From: Octopus vulgaris
Lineage: Eukaryota
DNA: 64,000 nt
NCBI GenBank assembly: GCA_951406725.2
Contig: OX597833.1
Span: 9,300,001-9,364,000 of the forward strand
Reading direction: 5' to 3'
A program made the translations under genes and the position numbers. The first letter of the stretch is position 1, and every line of letters starts with the position of its first letter. Shown here one piece after another: positions 15,476-29,050 of the stretch. The notes beneath the pieces are model-generated. The model ran no database searches and had not been told where the DNA came from. It saw only the letters and a list, made by a program, of their open reading frames with translations.

Positions 15476-15482
<7 letters not shown>
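14804..15482 (-). pseudogene. RTE ORF, AP endonuclease portion
   Basis: Open from IRVGTINVG to LLNTKTL, then an apparent 1-nt deletion near 14804 relative to the downstream frame (PGEECIPQHRL). Confidence 0.9.
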
Positions 15483-15537
<55 letters not shown>

Positions 15538-15617
15538 TACACACACACACATTCTGATTGATTCCTCTTTGTGTCAACCTGTACCTCCTTGTCACAATGT
15601 AACCTTTAATCATGCCG

Positions 15618-15705
15618 TTGGCCTGAAGAGTAGCTGGAGGTATACACCTTGCTTGGATTTTATCATTTCTGAGGCTTCACTCGCTATGAAACATATGTAT
15701 CCCAG
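15618..15705 (+). ncRNA. Partly decayed minimal type-I hammerhead ribozyme (Penelope-like)
   Basis: CUGAAGA 15623-15629; stem II GUAGC/GCUAU; GAAA 15688-15691; palindromic stem III ACAUAUGU; GUA site; stem I poorly paired. Confidence 0.55.
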
Positions 15706-15949
15706 ATTTCCCATACTTCATTCTGTAACTCTAGTATTCTTTTTCACACACTCGGCAACCCTGGTTGCCTACTGAGGAATATAAAGAGAACTTTTTTCAG
15801 CTCATCATTCTTTGATAAAAGAAAAACTTTCCGCAACTTTCCATCTCAATAAACTACTATTTTTCTCGAAAGTTGTTTGCTTGAAGCTAACTGTCTTCCT
15901 ACACCTTGATCCCTGGATCTTACATTTATATATATAAATATATATATAA

Positions 15950-16078
15950 GATATCTGAATCGCTAGAAAGAGCAGTTAAAACTCCAAGCCACCAAACGTT
16001 TTTATTTTTCAATCACTTCGGAATTACAACAATTGGTGGCTTGGAGTTTTAGCTGCTCTTTCTAGTGAGTCAGATATC
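15950..16078. repeat. 46-bp inverted repeat with a 37-nt spacer
   Basis: 15950-15995 versus the reverse complement of 16033-16078, 3 mismatches. Confidence 0.9.
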
Positions 16079-16243
16079 CTATTCTTCGGGTATCTCTTTT
16101 GTGTTTGAACGGACACTGTATTCTTCTCTGAATAATATAGAGTCTATTCACTAATTTTTTCTTTCTTGCTAGACCACTGGTAACTAAGAATTTTTCGATG
16201 AATATTCTTGCTACCCTAAGATTTATATATATATATATATTTT

Positions 16244-16435
16244 ATCTCTTACTTATTTCAGTTATTTGAGTGTGGCTATGCTGGGGCACCACCTTGAAGA
16301 ATTTTAGTTGACTGAATTGACCCCAGTATTTTTTTTTAAAGTTCTATTGATCTTTTTTGCCGAACCGCTAAGTTACAGGAATGTAAACACATCAACACTG
16401 GTTGTCAAGAAGTGGTGGGGGAACAAACGCAGTCA
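16244..16435 (-). mobile_element. SINE family B, 3' half
   Basis: Reverse-complement match to 9150-9346. Confidence 0.75.
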
Positions 16436-17045
16436 CACACACACGTACACACGTACACACACACACACGCGTGCGCACACACACACACATCCATATATAT
16501 AAAATTTTGTCCGTCAAAATGAATTAAATTTCTGTTTGCTTGTTTGTTTGTAAAGACAAGATCTGTGGGTGTTGTCTCACCCTGGTTCAGATTCAAAACT
16601 GGATCTTTCAATTCTCCTTGTGCCTATGGCCTATTCATATGTCAAATCTTTTGACACTTTCTGCTCCTTCGTCAGCTTCCGACATCTACAAGTGTATTTG
16701 TGTGTACTTGGGTGGGGGGTGGGGGGATGCTGTGCTACTGCTCAGATTAAGAACTACTGTGCTAGGAGGATGTAGCTTGGCTGTTACATCTTGCGGGTCA
16801 AGCAGCCATGTACAAGCTCCCTCATTGTTGTTGTTTAATTTCTCTTTTTCTTAAAAATCTAAAAAAAAAATAAACAACTGATTCCAGGGGCCAGGATCAT
16901 CCCTTTGAGGACCATTGAACTGAATGATATGAGACTAACATCAGTTCCATGTCTCTCTCATATGTTTCTGCATAAGCTCAGCCCTTGTACATGAACAGCA
17001 ATGCTATGAGATGTTGTGAAATGAATGCCTCTCCTATATGGTTCA

Positions 17046-17276
17046 GGCGGCGAGCTGGCAGAAACGTTAGGACGCCGGGCGAAATGCGTAGCCGTATTTT
17101 GTCTGCCATTACGTTCTGAGTTCAAATTCCGTCGAGGTCGACTTTGCCTTTCATCCTTTCGGGGTCGATAAATTAAGTACCAGTTACGCACTGGGGTCGA
17201 TGTAATCGACTTAATCCGTTTGTCTGTCCTTGTTTGTCCTCTCTGTGTTTAGCCCCTTGTGGGTAGTAAAGAAATA
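17046..17276 (+). mobile_element. SINE family A, complete young copy, tail type 2
   Basis: GGCGGCGAGCTGGCAGAA head, B box GAGTTCAAATTCC, body GCCTTTCATCCTTTCGGGGTCGATAAATTAAGTACCAG, tail CCCCTTGTGGGTAGTAAAGAAATA. Confidence 0.92.
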
Positions 17277-18659
17277 TATATGGTTCAGGGATGAAAAGAA
17301 TGTAATTGTGAATTAAATTGGTTATAATTAGTAGAAAACTAAACATTTGTTGTTATTTAACTCTGAGACAAATCTGATTGAATAGGTTTTATTGAATAGA
17401 TTCGACTGAACAGATCTGTGATCAACGATATTTCTTCCATCTTCAGATATTCCAGTCGTTCAGTTACTGCAGAGACAAGGGATACAACTCTGTTAAAACC
17501 TTGTTCTTGATGTCTTCAAGTAAATATCTTTTAAGAGAGTTGTGTGTTGTCTTTTGATTTACATGGCGTTCGATCTTGATTTGAACAATTGCAAGTAGTT
17601 ATAGTGCCAAAAGATTAATGGATTAAGTTAACAATAATGAAGGAATATTCAATTACATAAACAAATTGCTTAAATCTGATAAGAGGTCAGAAAACTATTT
17701 CTCTCTCGCTATCTCCCTTGTACATCAGTGACAAACAAAAGTTTTTGTAAATCCATCGTCATTATTGCTATCAGTTTCATATTCCCCCTCACATTTTTAA
17801 CGGAGTTAAGATCTTCAATACAGAATTTTCTCTGAAGTCCAGTAACCCTAGATCTGTCTAGATTATTTCTAGTATAAACTGCAAGGACCTAGATCCACCA
17901 ACATTCTGTGATTGTCATCTCATTTGCTTCTTTCATTTCAACGAAATGCTCTAAACAGATCGGTCACTACTCATTTCATGATATACTAATACCTTTGATA
18001 TACATATTTCCTTGGTTCATTTATATTCAGTTCCCATAGACATTTAGAACCAGTTGAATCCAAAGCCAGTAGATAAACAATCAAACATGTTCCAGTGGTT
18101 AGGATTCCATCTTTTGTTTTCACTCATCCATTCTTCATTTCATGTGGCTGACAACCCTGCCATAACTGCAATATCTGAACTTATAGCTATGTTTTGACAC
18201 TTAATATAACTAAACTTGTCCATTTCACACTACATTTCTCTTTGGCTTCTGGGGACCTTTCTGATTCTGCTGTTAAAGACCAAAACAGTCTTTAACCAAG
18301 TCATACTTGTCACTGTTTGGTGCTAGTTCCATTTCTCTGGGCAACAAACATTCTCTGTTATGGGATTCTCTGTGTTTTGGTGTCAACATAACATTTCTGT
18401 CATCTGAAAAAATTTGTCTTGAATTCTTTTGTAATTACTTTAAGAATAGAAATATTCACAGTAGAAGAGAAAATACCAGAATCACAGGAGTCACTCAGTT
18501 GGCCATTAAATAACTATTTCAGCCACATTTTCACTTTACTTATGTAAATAAATAACTCCAATTCAATGACATTCATAACATAACTCAATGGATTTATTGA
18601 AAGAAAAAGAAACGATACAAAGATTTGGTAAATTATAGTGAAAGATTTCACATTCTGTA

Positions 18660-18697
<38 letters not shown>

Positions 18698-18707
18698 TGC
18701 GTGTGTG

Positions 18708-18742
<35 letters not shown>

Positions 18743-19082
18743 GTGTCCCTGCCAGCAAAATGTATGCACACCTTTGTTTGATGCCTTAACCAAAGAGCAG
18801 GTGTCACATACCTGCTGGTGACTGAATATTAACAGAAATGGATGGAGGGGAACAGTTTGTGAGAAGTTTACTACAACAACACAGTAAAACAACCAGACAA
18901 CAACAAAAACAACATCAACAACAACAACAGTTAACAAGCTGTCACCCCTGCACATATAGAATTATCTCTCTTCTCATAGAAAATAACATTATGCATACAT
19001 TTGTTTGTTTTTTACTCTCCAGGGAGATCCAATAATTGTGTGGGTGTATATAAGTCTATATATGTGATAAGAGTTTGTTCAG

Positions 19083-19139
<57 letters not shown>

Positions 19140-19186
19140 CACACACATATGTATATGTGTGTGTGTGAGAGTGTATATATCTGTGT

Positions 19187-19246
<60 letters not shown>

Positions 19247-19862
19247 GCATATATACACATATATTATTTATATGAAGTCATATTTGTGATTATATATGTA
19301 TGAGTGTCTGCATGAGCATGTATGTATGTGTTTGTGTGTGTATATATGCCTGTATATATATTTACATAAATCAGCAAGATAAAACCAACATACGCATTTT
19401 TCAACAAAAACAGAAAAAAAATTAATACACAATATAAATTTATGTTTTAAATATTTATATATAAACATTAGAAAAAAAAAACAAAAAAGGAAAACAAAAA
19501 CAAGAGGAAAAATAGGAAAACAAACAAAAATATATTAATTAAATGTGAATAAAATTTTTGTTGTTGTTTGAACACCAGGATGACGTTAAAATGTTGAAAA
19601 TACGTAAATAGAGAAGAAATATTAAAAAAAAAACAAAAAACAAAATTGACCATTGTGGCCAAGTAACAGAATGTTGTTGGAATATCACAATAACCAGGTC
19701 ACCAGTTGATATACAATAATATTACATAGCAATGATGAGTAATAAAGATATATAGTATGGATATAGAATGGCTAGATGTAAAGGCATTCACACATACACA
19801 CAGTCACACGTGAACATACATATGTACATGATTTGACAATACCTATATACACACACACACAT

Positions 19863-19904
<42 letters not shown>

Positions 19905-20109
19905 CATTACATACATGTGTAACTAAATGTTTATATACATGTGTGTGTGTGTGTATGTGTCTCTATATGTTTTCATACATGAATGTATAATTGAAAGACA
20001 CACACACACACATATATGCTTGGTCATGTTTGGATTGACTATATACACACACACACACATATATTCGAGAATGATTCAGAAGATTTATATAGACATGCAC
20101 TTATTTTTT

Positions 20110-20319
20110 TCTGGCCCTCCGTTGGTCACAAGGACAAGGGTTCCAGTTGATCAAATCAACAGAACAGCCTGCTTGTGGAAGTAATGTATGAGTGGCTGAG
20201 TACCTCACAGACACGTATAACCTTAATGTAGTTCTTAAGGAGATTCAGCCTGATACATAATATGACAAGGCTGGCCTTTTCAAATACAGGTACTACACAT
20301 TTTGACCAGCTGAGTGAAC

Positions 20320-20320
<1 letters not shown>
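20110..20320. mobile_element. Interspersed repeat fragment, related to 8520-8605
   Basis: Shared TTCCAGT.GATC..ATCAA..GAA.AGCCTGCTTGTG.A.T..GTGGCTGAG.AC motif. Confidence 0.55.
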
Positions 20321-20840
<520 letters not shown>

Positions 20841-21828
20841 TACATGTTCACACACACTCAATCTGAGTCATTCTCAAATGTGTCTATATATGTATGTATG
20901 TATGTATGTATATGCCTTGAAGTGTAACCCTTATATTACTGCAGTTCCAGAATGCAACACAGGAAGTGTCATTGTCTTCAGATATTCCATTAATGGCCAA
21001 GTCTTCAAGACTGGTGCTTGTTCAATTAATTAGTTTTAATTGAAAACTAGAGTTACTATGTATGTATATATATACACACACACAAACACATGTGTATATA
21101 TGTACATATATATTCATATATGTATGTAGGCGCAAATGTATGCACATGTATTTAAACATGTTATATATAATACACACACACACACACATCTGTTGTCATA
21201 TGCACATGTAGACAGACACACATCCCTCACTACTTATTACCACCCATACATGTCATTAAATAGAGTAATTTATGAAAATTGAATAACACCAAAATTAATT
21301 ACAAATTGATATAAAAAAAAACAAATAGTAAGAACAAAAGAGAGAGAAAGAGAGAGAGAAAGAGTTGTGATATTAAAAACTACAGGACAAAGTTGTTCTC
21401 CTCTTCACCGTAAAAGTCACACTGCATCTGTTCAAATTTTCACCGTAAAATATAACCACAAAGAAATCAATAACATGTTTTTTTCATTAAAAAAATTTTT
21501 TTGTGTTAAAAGTTTTGTCCATAAATTTTAGCATGCATCTTGCCACATTTGTTTTTCATAACAAGTGATTTGGAAAAAAAAAAAAAAAAAACGGATTAAA
21601 ATGCATCTCTTATTCTATAGTGATTTGGGATTTTTTTTTTTAAATAATGTCTTTGTTATAAAACAATATTGTCCCTCCCCCACTCTTTGCCCCACCCACT
21701 TTAATAATTTGCATTTTTGTCAAAGACCATTGTACCTGCACTGTGAATGTGTCATTTGAAATTCCAAATGATGACTTTGTGTGTGTATATACTTGAATGT
21801 GTGTGCACATATGAATATATATATATAT

Positions 21829-21947
<119 letters not shown>

Positions 21948-22369
21948 TTATCTAAATATATGTGTATATATATTATATATATACACACACACATATGTAT
22001 GTCTGTGTGGGTGGGGTGAGTGAAAGAGAAAAGAAAAATAAAAAACAAAAATATTTCACGGGTTTTCTTTGTTTTAAATTCCAAAATTAAAAAAAAAAAC
22101 AGTAAAAATCATTTCTTTGTTTTTCCATAATAATGATTTGTCATGAGCACCATACAGAAGGGTCCACTTCAGGTAGTGTAAAGTAAGACTGCGCTGGAGC
22201 CCACTGTATGAACAACTCCCCTAATGTATAGCTGGTACTTAGTTCATCAGACTTTGAGCCTTGATCATGAAAATGGTTGGTGGAGACATTGTAATGGGAT
22301 ACTGCAAAACATTTAGTGCGAGTCTCTATTTCTGACATCTCCTCACTCCTTCTTAAGAATAATAATAAT

Positions 22370-22586
22370 CTTTGCTACTATAGGCACAAGGCCTGAAATT
22401 TTAGGGGGTGCGGGGTGGCTTGTTGATTAAATTGACCCCAGTGCTCAACTGGTACTTGTTTTGATTGACCTTGAAAGGATGAAAGGCAAAGTTGACCTTG
22501 GCAGAATTTCGACAAAAAACATTTAGACAAACAATATGCTACAAAGCATTTTGTCTGCCATGCTAAAGCTTCTTTCATTTCACTGC

Positions 22587-22624
<38 letters not shown>

Positions 22625-22700
22625 TAATAATAATTATAATAATAATAATAATTATAATAATAATAATAATAATAATGATAATAATAATGATAATAATAAT

Positions 22701-22753
<53 letters not shown>

Positions 22754-22763
22754 TAATAATAAT

Positions 22764-22819
<56 letters not shown>

Positions 22820-23197
22820 TAATAATAATTATAATAATAATAATCTCTTTTATTTGCTACCAGGATGATGGATGTGAAGGGACAATACAAAGAAAGTAAT
22901 AATTTCAAATTCTAGTACAAGGCCAGCAATTACAGGAAAGTGGGTAAGTTGACTGTATCGACCACCATCTGCGCCTATGTACATGTATGAATATATACAT
23001 GCATATGTGCATATATACACATGTGTTTGTGTGTGTGTATATATATATATACATACATACAGGCATATACAAAAGGATGAAAGGGAAAGTCAACCTTGGT
23101 GGAATTTGAACTCAGAACATAAATGTATGAAATGGATGAAATTCCACTAAGCATTTTGCCCAACATGCTAACAATTCTGCCAATAATAATAATAATG

Positions 23198-23260
<63 letters not shown>

Positions 23261-23469
23261 GTTTCAAATTTTGGCACAAGGCCAACAATTTAGGGAGAAA
23301 CAGTAAGTTGATTATATAAACCCCAGTATTCAACTGGTTCTTAATTTATTGACCCTGAAAGGATGGAAGGCAAAGTTGGCCTTGGCAGCATTCGAACTCT
23401 GAATGTAAAGATGGATGAAATGCCACAAAGCATTTTGCCTGGCTAATGAGTCTGCCAGCTCACTGCCCT
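22370..23469 (-). mobile_element. Three same-orientation SINE family A copies (~22370-22575, 22900-23181, 23258-23469) separated by (AAT)n
   Basis: Each carries the GAAAGGATG.AAGG.AAAGT.GACCTTGG body; (AAT)n tracts at 22588-22843 and 23182-23258. Confidence 0.85.
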
Positions 23470-24029
23470 TAATGATAATAATAATAATAATATTTTCGAC
23501 TGGGATGATTCCTTACATACATTATTACTGTTGCTGTTTTCAAACTCCCCTTTCTTTCCTTTATGGTCCCCTGCCATGTTTTAGAAAAAATATATAAACA
23601 CATCCATATTATGTGTGTCCATGAATGTATAATGGGTGTGTGAGTGCCTGTGTGTATGCATAAAATGGGTTAAAACAAGTTAAACAATACAAAAGAAAAT
23701 TAAATAAAAATTCTGTCAAAGTTCCTAAATAGTGAATTGTTACCAAGTTGTCCTTGGGACCCTGCCTCCTGTTTCTTTACATTTTAACCCTGCCCAGTTT
23801 TTAATTGTGCTTCATTGAAACTGTTCATGTATTATTTATTTGATGATGTCTGACATGTGTCACTTGCATGTATGTATGTATGTATGTATGTATGTATGTA
23901 TATATATATATATATATATTACTTTTACATATATATTACTTTTTAAAACAGTTTGATTTGGCACTGAACGACTTCAAGCTTTGTAGGCCTCCTACAGAAA
24001 CCCACCTCATCAGGGCTCAGTTAACCAAA

Positions 24030-24062
<33 letters not shown>

Positions 24063-25559
24063 TATGTACATATATATTATGCACATACATATTATGTACA
24101 TATGTATATACACATAATATATATATATATATGTATATATATACATATACATACACACAATATGAATATACACATCTATATATATAGCTATACGCTCACG
24201 CACACACATATATATGCATGTGTGTACACATGTATGTATAAATGTAAATGCATATGTGTATGCATACCAGATTTACAATCAATTATAAGTGCTTAATAAA
24301 CATTTAAAAAAAACCCTGTTAATCCCACATATATGAGAAGTTGTCACAACACCGTGTGTCACCACAAAAAATAAAAATAAACATGAATCTTCCACATTTA
24401 AAATAACTTGTGACCATCCCTTCAGAAATACATTGGTTAACCTCTTTTACTTATTTAATTATTTATAATTGTTTTCCTCTTTCTTTGTGAATTATAATTA
24501 ATAGAAAAAGTATATAAAAGAAGAAAAAACTGTTCAAAATAGTTAGAATATACATATATGAATAAATATTATTGCAGACATGTGTTTCAGAAGAATACAT
24601 TTATAGAGATTTGTGTATTGGAAGGGGTAACAATAAAAACATGTATGTTAGTATTTTTCATCATATTTTTATATAATTTGTTTTTTCTTTTTTTTTTCAC
24701 ATCTTATGATTCTCAAAATTAAATTATGAAAGATGGCAGCCCTTAATGGTTAAGCAAGTTCAGCCAGACTTGACACATGAATGAAAGGATATGTGTGGTT
24801 GTGTGTGTGTATATAAATATATATATATATTTATTTATTTATATATATATCAATGTAGGTATGCATGTATGTTGAATATTGTATTGGTGTAACTTCTGCC
24901 ATTCCTGCCTTTATATACTCTTCATGGAGACTAATTTTTTTTTCTCCCCAATATTTTTCCATTCCTTTTCCTGACCATTTTAAAATCATTTCAAAGATAA
25001 CATTAAATGTAGCCACAAATGTTTTTTTTTTCACTTGGAATATTTCCTCACCATGTTTCTTTTCTGTGTCTGTACACTCACACACACACACACGCACACA
25101 CACAGACACAAACACACACAAACACACAAACACACACACACGTGGGTTGCTCTGCTTTAGGAGAAGAATGTTCCAGGCCCCATTGTTTTGCAATGATATT
25201 CAGAATAGTTGAAAAAAGAAGTTTAGAAAACACATACACACAAATTGTTACTTATATGGCATGTATATGTGTAGGTATATTTATATAATTATTTAAAAAG
25301 GATCAGATGCGGCATTTGCCAGCATCCTGACCACCAAATCCAGTCTCCCAAATTTGATAAATATTGAGAAACATTACAAAACAAAATAGAATAAAAATAT
25401 AGTTTCACTGTGGAGGCAGATAAATATATCAATCATTCTGGATGGAATGGAGGCAGGAGAGAGGAGGAGGTTGCTTAGTCAAACCCTCCTCTTCCTCCTC
25501 CTCCTTTGCTTCTTCCATTTAACAAAAGATAAATACACAAAATTTTAACAATTCAAATC

Positions 25560-25620
<61 letters not shown>

Positions 25621-25967
25621 AAAGCAAACACACACGTAACATATGCATATATACTTAATTACATATATATATTCTACACACACACACACACAATGTGTAT
25701 GCTGATGTACTTTTAATTGTTTCAATTTTAAACCAGAGAGTTAAATGCCATAAAAAAAGCCCCCAAAATATTTGACAAAAAAAAAAATGAAAAATCAAAC
25801 AACCAAAAATTGAAACAAAAAAATAACAAAAAGCATAAGAAAACATCTTTTTCATTCATTTGATGGCTTAGCATTATGCATTTAATGGGTTTTGTTATTT
25901 CATCAGGAATTGAAATGATATAATTAATAAATTCAATTTAGATAGATGTTAAGACCAACAGACCAAG

Positions 25968-26009
<42 letters not shown>

Positions 26010-26081
26010 ACACGCATGTTTATATAAATGTAAATATAATGATATAATATCAATATCTATCTAGCTATATATATATGGCTA

Positions 26082-26127
<46 letters not shown>

Positions 26128-26649
26128 TATATATGTATGTATGTAAATGTGTGTGTATAAAAATTGCCAATGATAATTGTGATGATACATAGTACAAAAT
26201 GCTCAATACGTGAGGATGAATGTAGAGCTCATTAAAAATGATTACAAAATATTTTGGGCTTGAGTGGTTTCATGCGACCCTGCATTCATCAACAACCACC
26301 ATGTCTCCTCCTCCTCAAGTTGAGCACTTTTTTTGGTGTACATTAAACCTTTGATATTTACAAATTCGATGTGCAAAGACTACAATAATGTTCAACAATA
26401 ATTATGAATTCTTTGAGATGATTCGTAAAATACTCTGCAAGTCTCAAATAACCATGGCAGCAACTTTGTTTGCAAGTTCTTTTTCTTCCCTTTTGTTAAG
26501 TTTTGACAACATATTTTAATAATTTGAATCTTTATTCCTTGATGATGAATGTTGCCAAACATGATACCATTAATGGCCCAAAAGTTTTATGGCTTTTATA
26601 CACACACACACATGTACATATGTACATGTGTGTGTATTTATGTATGTAC

Positions 26650-26708
<59 letters not shown>

Positions 26709-27137
26709 TTTCTGTGAAAAAATTTCGCAAATTTTGAAAAAAAAGACTTCAGATCAAGAAAAGAAAAAAAGTTTGTTTCCAAAACTGTTTTAAACAAGAA
26801 TTATTCAAGTAAATTGCAAATAATAATAGCAATGATGATGGTGATAATAATAATAACAACAACAACAATAATAATAATGATAATAATAATAATAATAATT
26901 TACAGTGTCAGGGAGATGGGAGTATCTTTTGACTTTCTTAAATACACGTCATTTCAAGATAAGGAAATAGAAGTTGTGACACTCATCCCTTGTTTTTATG
27001 GTTATTTACAGATGTGGGAGTCGTTCCAGATAGGAATCTGTTTACAAAGGTGATTCAAGTTTACCGTTGCTTCCTGTCTCTAACAATAATAATAATAGTA
27101 GTAGTAGTAGTAGTAATAATAATAATAATAATAATAA

Positions 27138-28056
27138 TGTTTTGTCTATAAGTACAAAGCCTATTACATTAACCCCTGTGCTTGACTGGTACTTGTGTTA
27201 TCGACCCCAAAAGAATGAAAGGCAATGTTAACTCCAACAGGATTTCAACCCTGAATATAAAGAGGCAGCACAAACATGGCAAAAAATTTGTCTGACACTA
27301 ATTATTCTGCCTATTATTGCCTTAATAATAATAATAATAATAATCCTTTCTACTAAAAGCAGAAGGCCTGAAATTGGGGGAGGGGAGTAGTGAATTACAT
27401 CGACCCCAGTGTTTCTTTATCGACACCTAAAGGATAAAAGCTAAACTCGACCTTGGCAGAATTTGAACTCAGAACATAGCAATGGGCGAAATATTGCTGA
27501 GCATTTCCTCCAGCCTGGAAATGGTTCTGCCAGCTCACCACATAATAATAATAATAATAATAATAACATCCTATGCAAGACACTATCAATTCAATAAGAA
27601 AACCCAAACACAAGACACACTCTATAGAGCAAATATCCAATAAAATAAACATCCATAAACAGGCCACATAACCAACAGAAGAACACAACTTGCATTACAT
27701 ACACAGCACACAATACAAATACTAATACAACAAAAGACTGCAAGGAGACCCCATAAGAAAAGAAACTGATGCAATAAAACAGCAGGAAGCGTTTATCTGC
27801 CAATAGCAAAAAATAAACACACAAAGCTGCTGTAGAAATTTGCTTGAAACTACAAAATGTTGAACGATAATAATGGTTTCAAATTTTGGCACAAGGCCAG
27901 CACGTGTGGGGGAGGTGGGTAAATCGATTTTGTTGATCCCTGAACTCAACTGGTCCTTATTTTATCAACCCTGGAAAGATGAAAGGGAAAAGGGAACATA
28001 AAGACATGAAATGCTGCCAAGCATTTCACCCAATGAATCTGACAGTTCACCACCTT
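27138..28056 (-). mobile_element. Three SINE family A copies (~27138-27322, 27343-27541, 27873-28056) in (AAT)n tracts
   Basis: Same body motif; (AAT)n at the junctions. Confidence 0.8.
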
Positions 28057-28892
28057 CAATAATAATAATAATAATCTAAGATAGATACAATACTCTATAT
28101 TATGGGAAAGGGTATAGTCGAGCATGCTGCACCAGTCATTTAGCATTTTATAGAACCCAGAAGGATATGAGATGAAATCATCTAGGAATAATAAATATTT
28201 TTTTAATATTTTCTCTCCAATATAAAGCAGGTATGTAATTTAATACCTGCCCACCACTTCACTTTATGCCTATAGCAATGAAATATATATTGATTTACCA
28301 TTTCTCTGCAATGGAAAATTGAAAAATCAAGGAAATAATCCAAAATTTTAAAAAGTTCAAAGTCATGCAAAAATAATCCAGCTAATTTATGATGATGGGT
28401 TTCCAAGCCATAACTGTAGCATAATTTTGGTTCCCCTTGCAGGAAGTGTGCATCCACGACACCTCAATCCTCATTCTACTTCATCATAGATTTGGCTCTG
28501 AGGTAGTAAGAGGTGACTTTAGGGAGATTTCTAGTACGTCAGATGAATCCATAGAAGCTCTTTCCGATTCCACTGGAAATAATATAACAAATGGCTATTG
28601 AAGAGAATGAACAAAAGACAGGGATTGTCGTTGAGTTAGAGAATATAAAGAAATGAAATCACTGCAAGATATTCCAACATTGAATTGATTCTTCCAATCC
28701 ACCATCCTGATATTAATATAGACACAAAACCATGTACTTTAATAAAGGAAGGAGCAGCCAGGTAAATCAATCCCAGAACCTGACTAGTATTTTATTTTAC
28801 TGCTTTTGGAAGAGTGAAAGTCAAAGCATATTCTCACATTAACCTGCCTAAAAAAAATAACTACATAATAATAATAATAATTATAATAATAA

Positions 28893-29050
28893 TGGCTTCA
28901 AAGTTAGAAAGAAGGTCAGTACTTTTAAAGGGAGTGGAGGCTAGTTGATACACTCAATCCCAGTACTTGAGTACAATTTGAACTCAGAATGTAAAGAGCT
29001 GGAACAGATTGCACAGGGCACTTTCTCCAGCATTTTCACAATTCTGGCAA
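28893..29050 (-). mobile_element. Degenerate SINE family A
   Basis: TTTGAACTCAGAATGTAAAG and ATTCTGGC remnants after (AAT)n. Confidence 0.6.

Larger units (their letters stand above)
12059..15482 (-). mobile_element. Near full-length young RTE-clade LINE (APE endonuclease + RT), (GAT)n tail
   Basis: EN motifs GTINVGTL, CIQEVRW, GDFNGHVG, QIDFIL; RT motifs QFGF, FVDLEKAFDRV, GVHQGSALSP, LYADDL, YLG; RGRGRPRKTW; 3' tail GGACGTTAAACGATGATGAT. Confidence 0.97.

Noticed and set aside
27044-27080. Tiny phase-1 terminal exon candidate (TGSNGKLESPL*)
   Set aside because: Weak acceptor, and joining it to the 42685 donor would create a TAG stop immediately.
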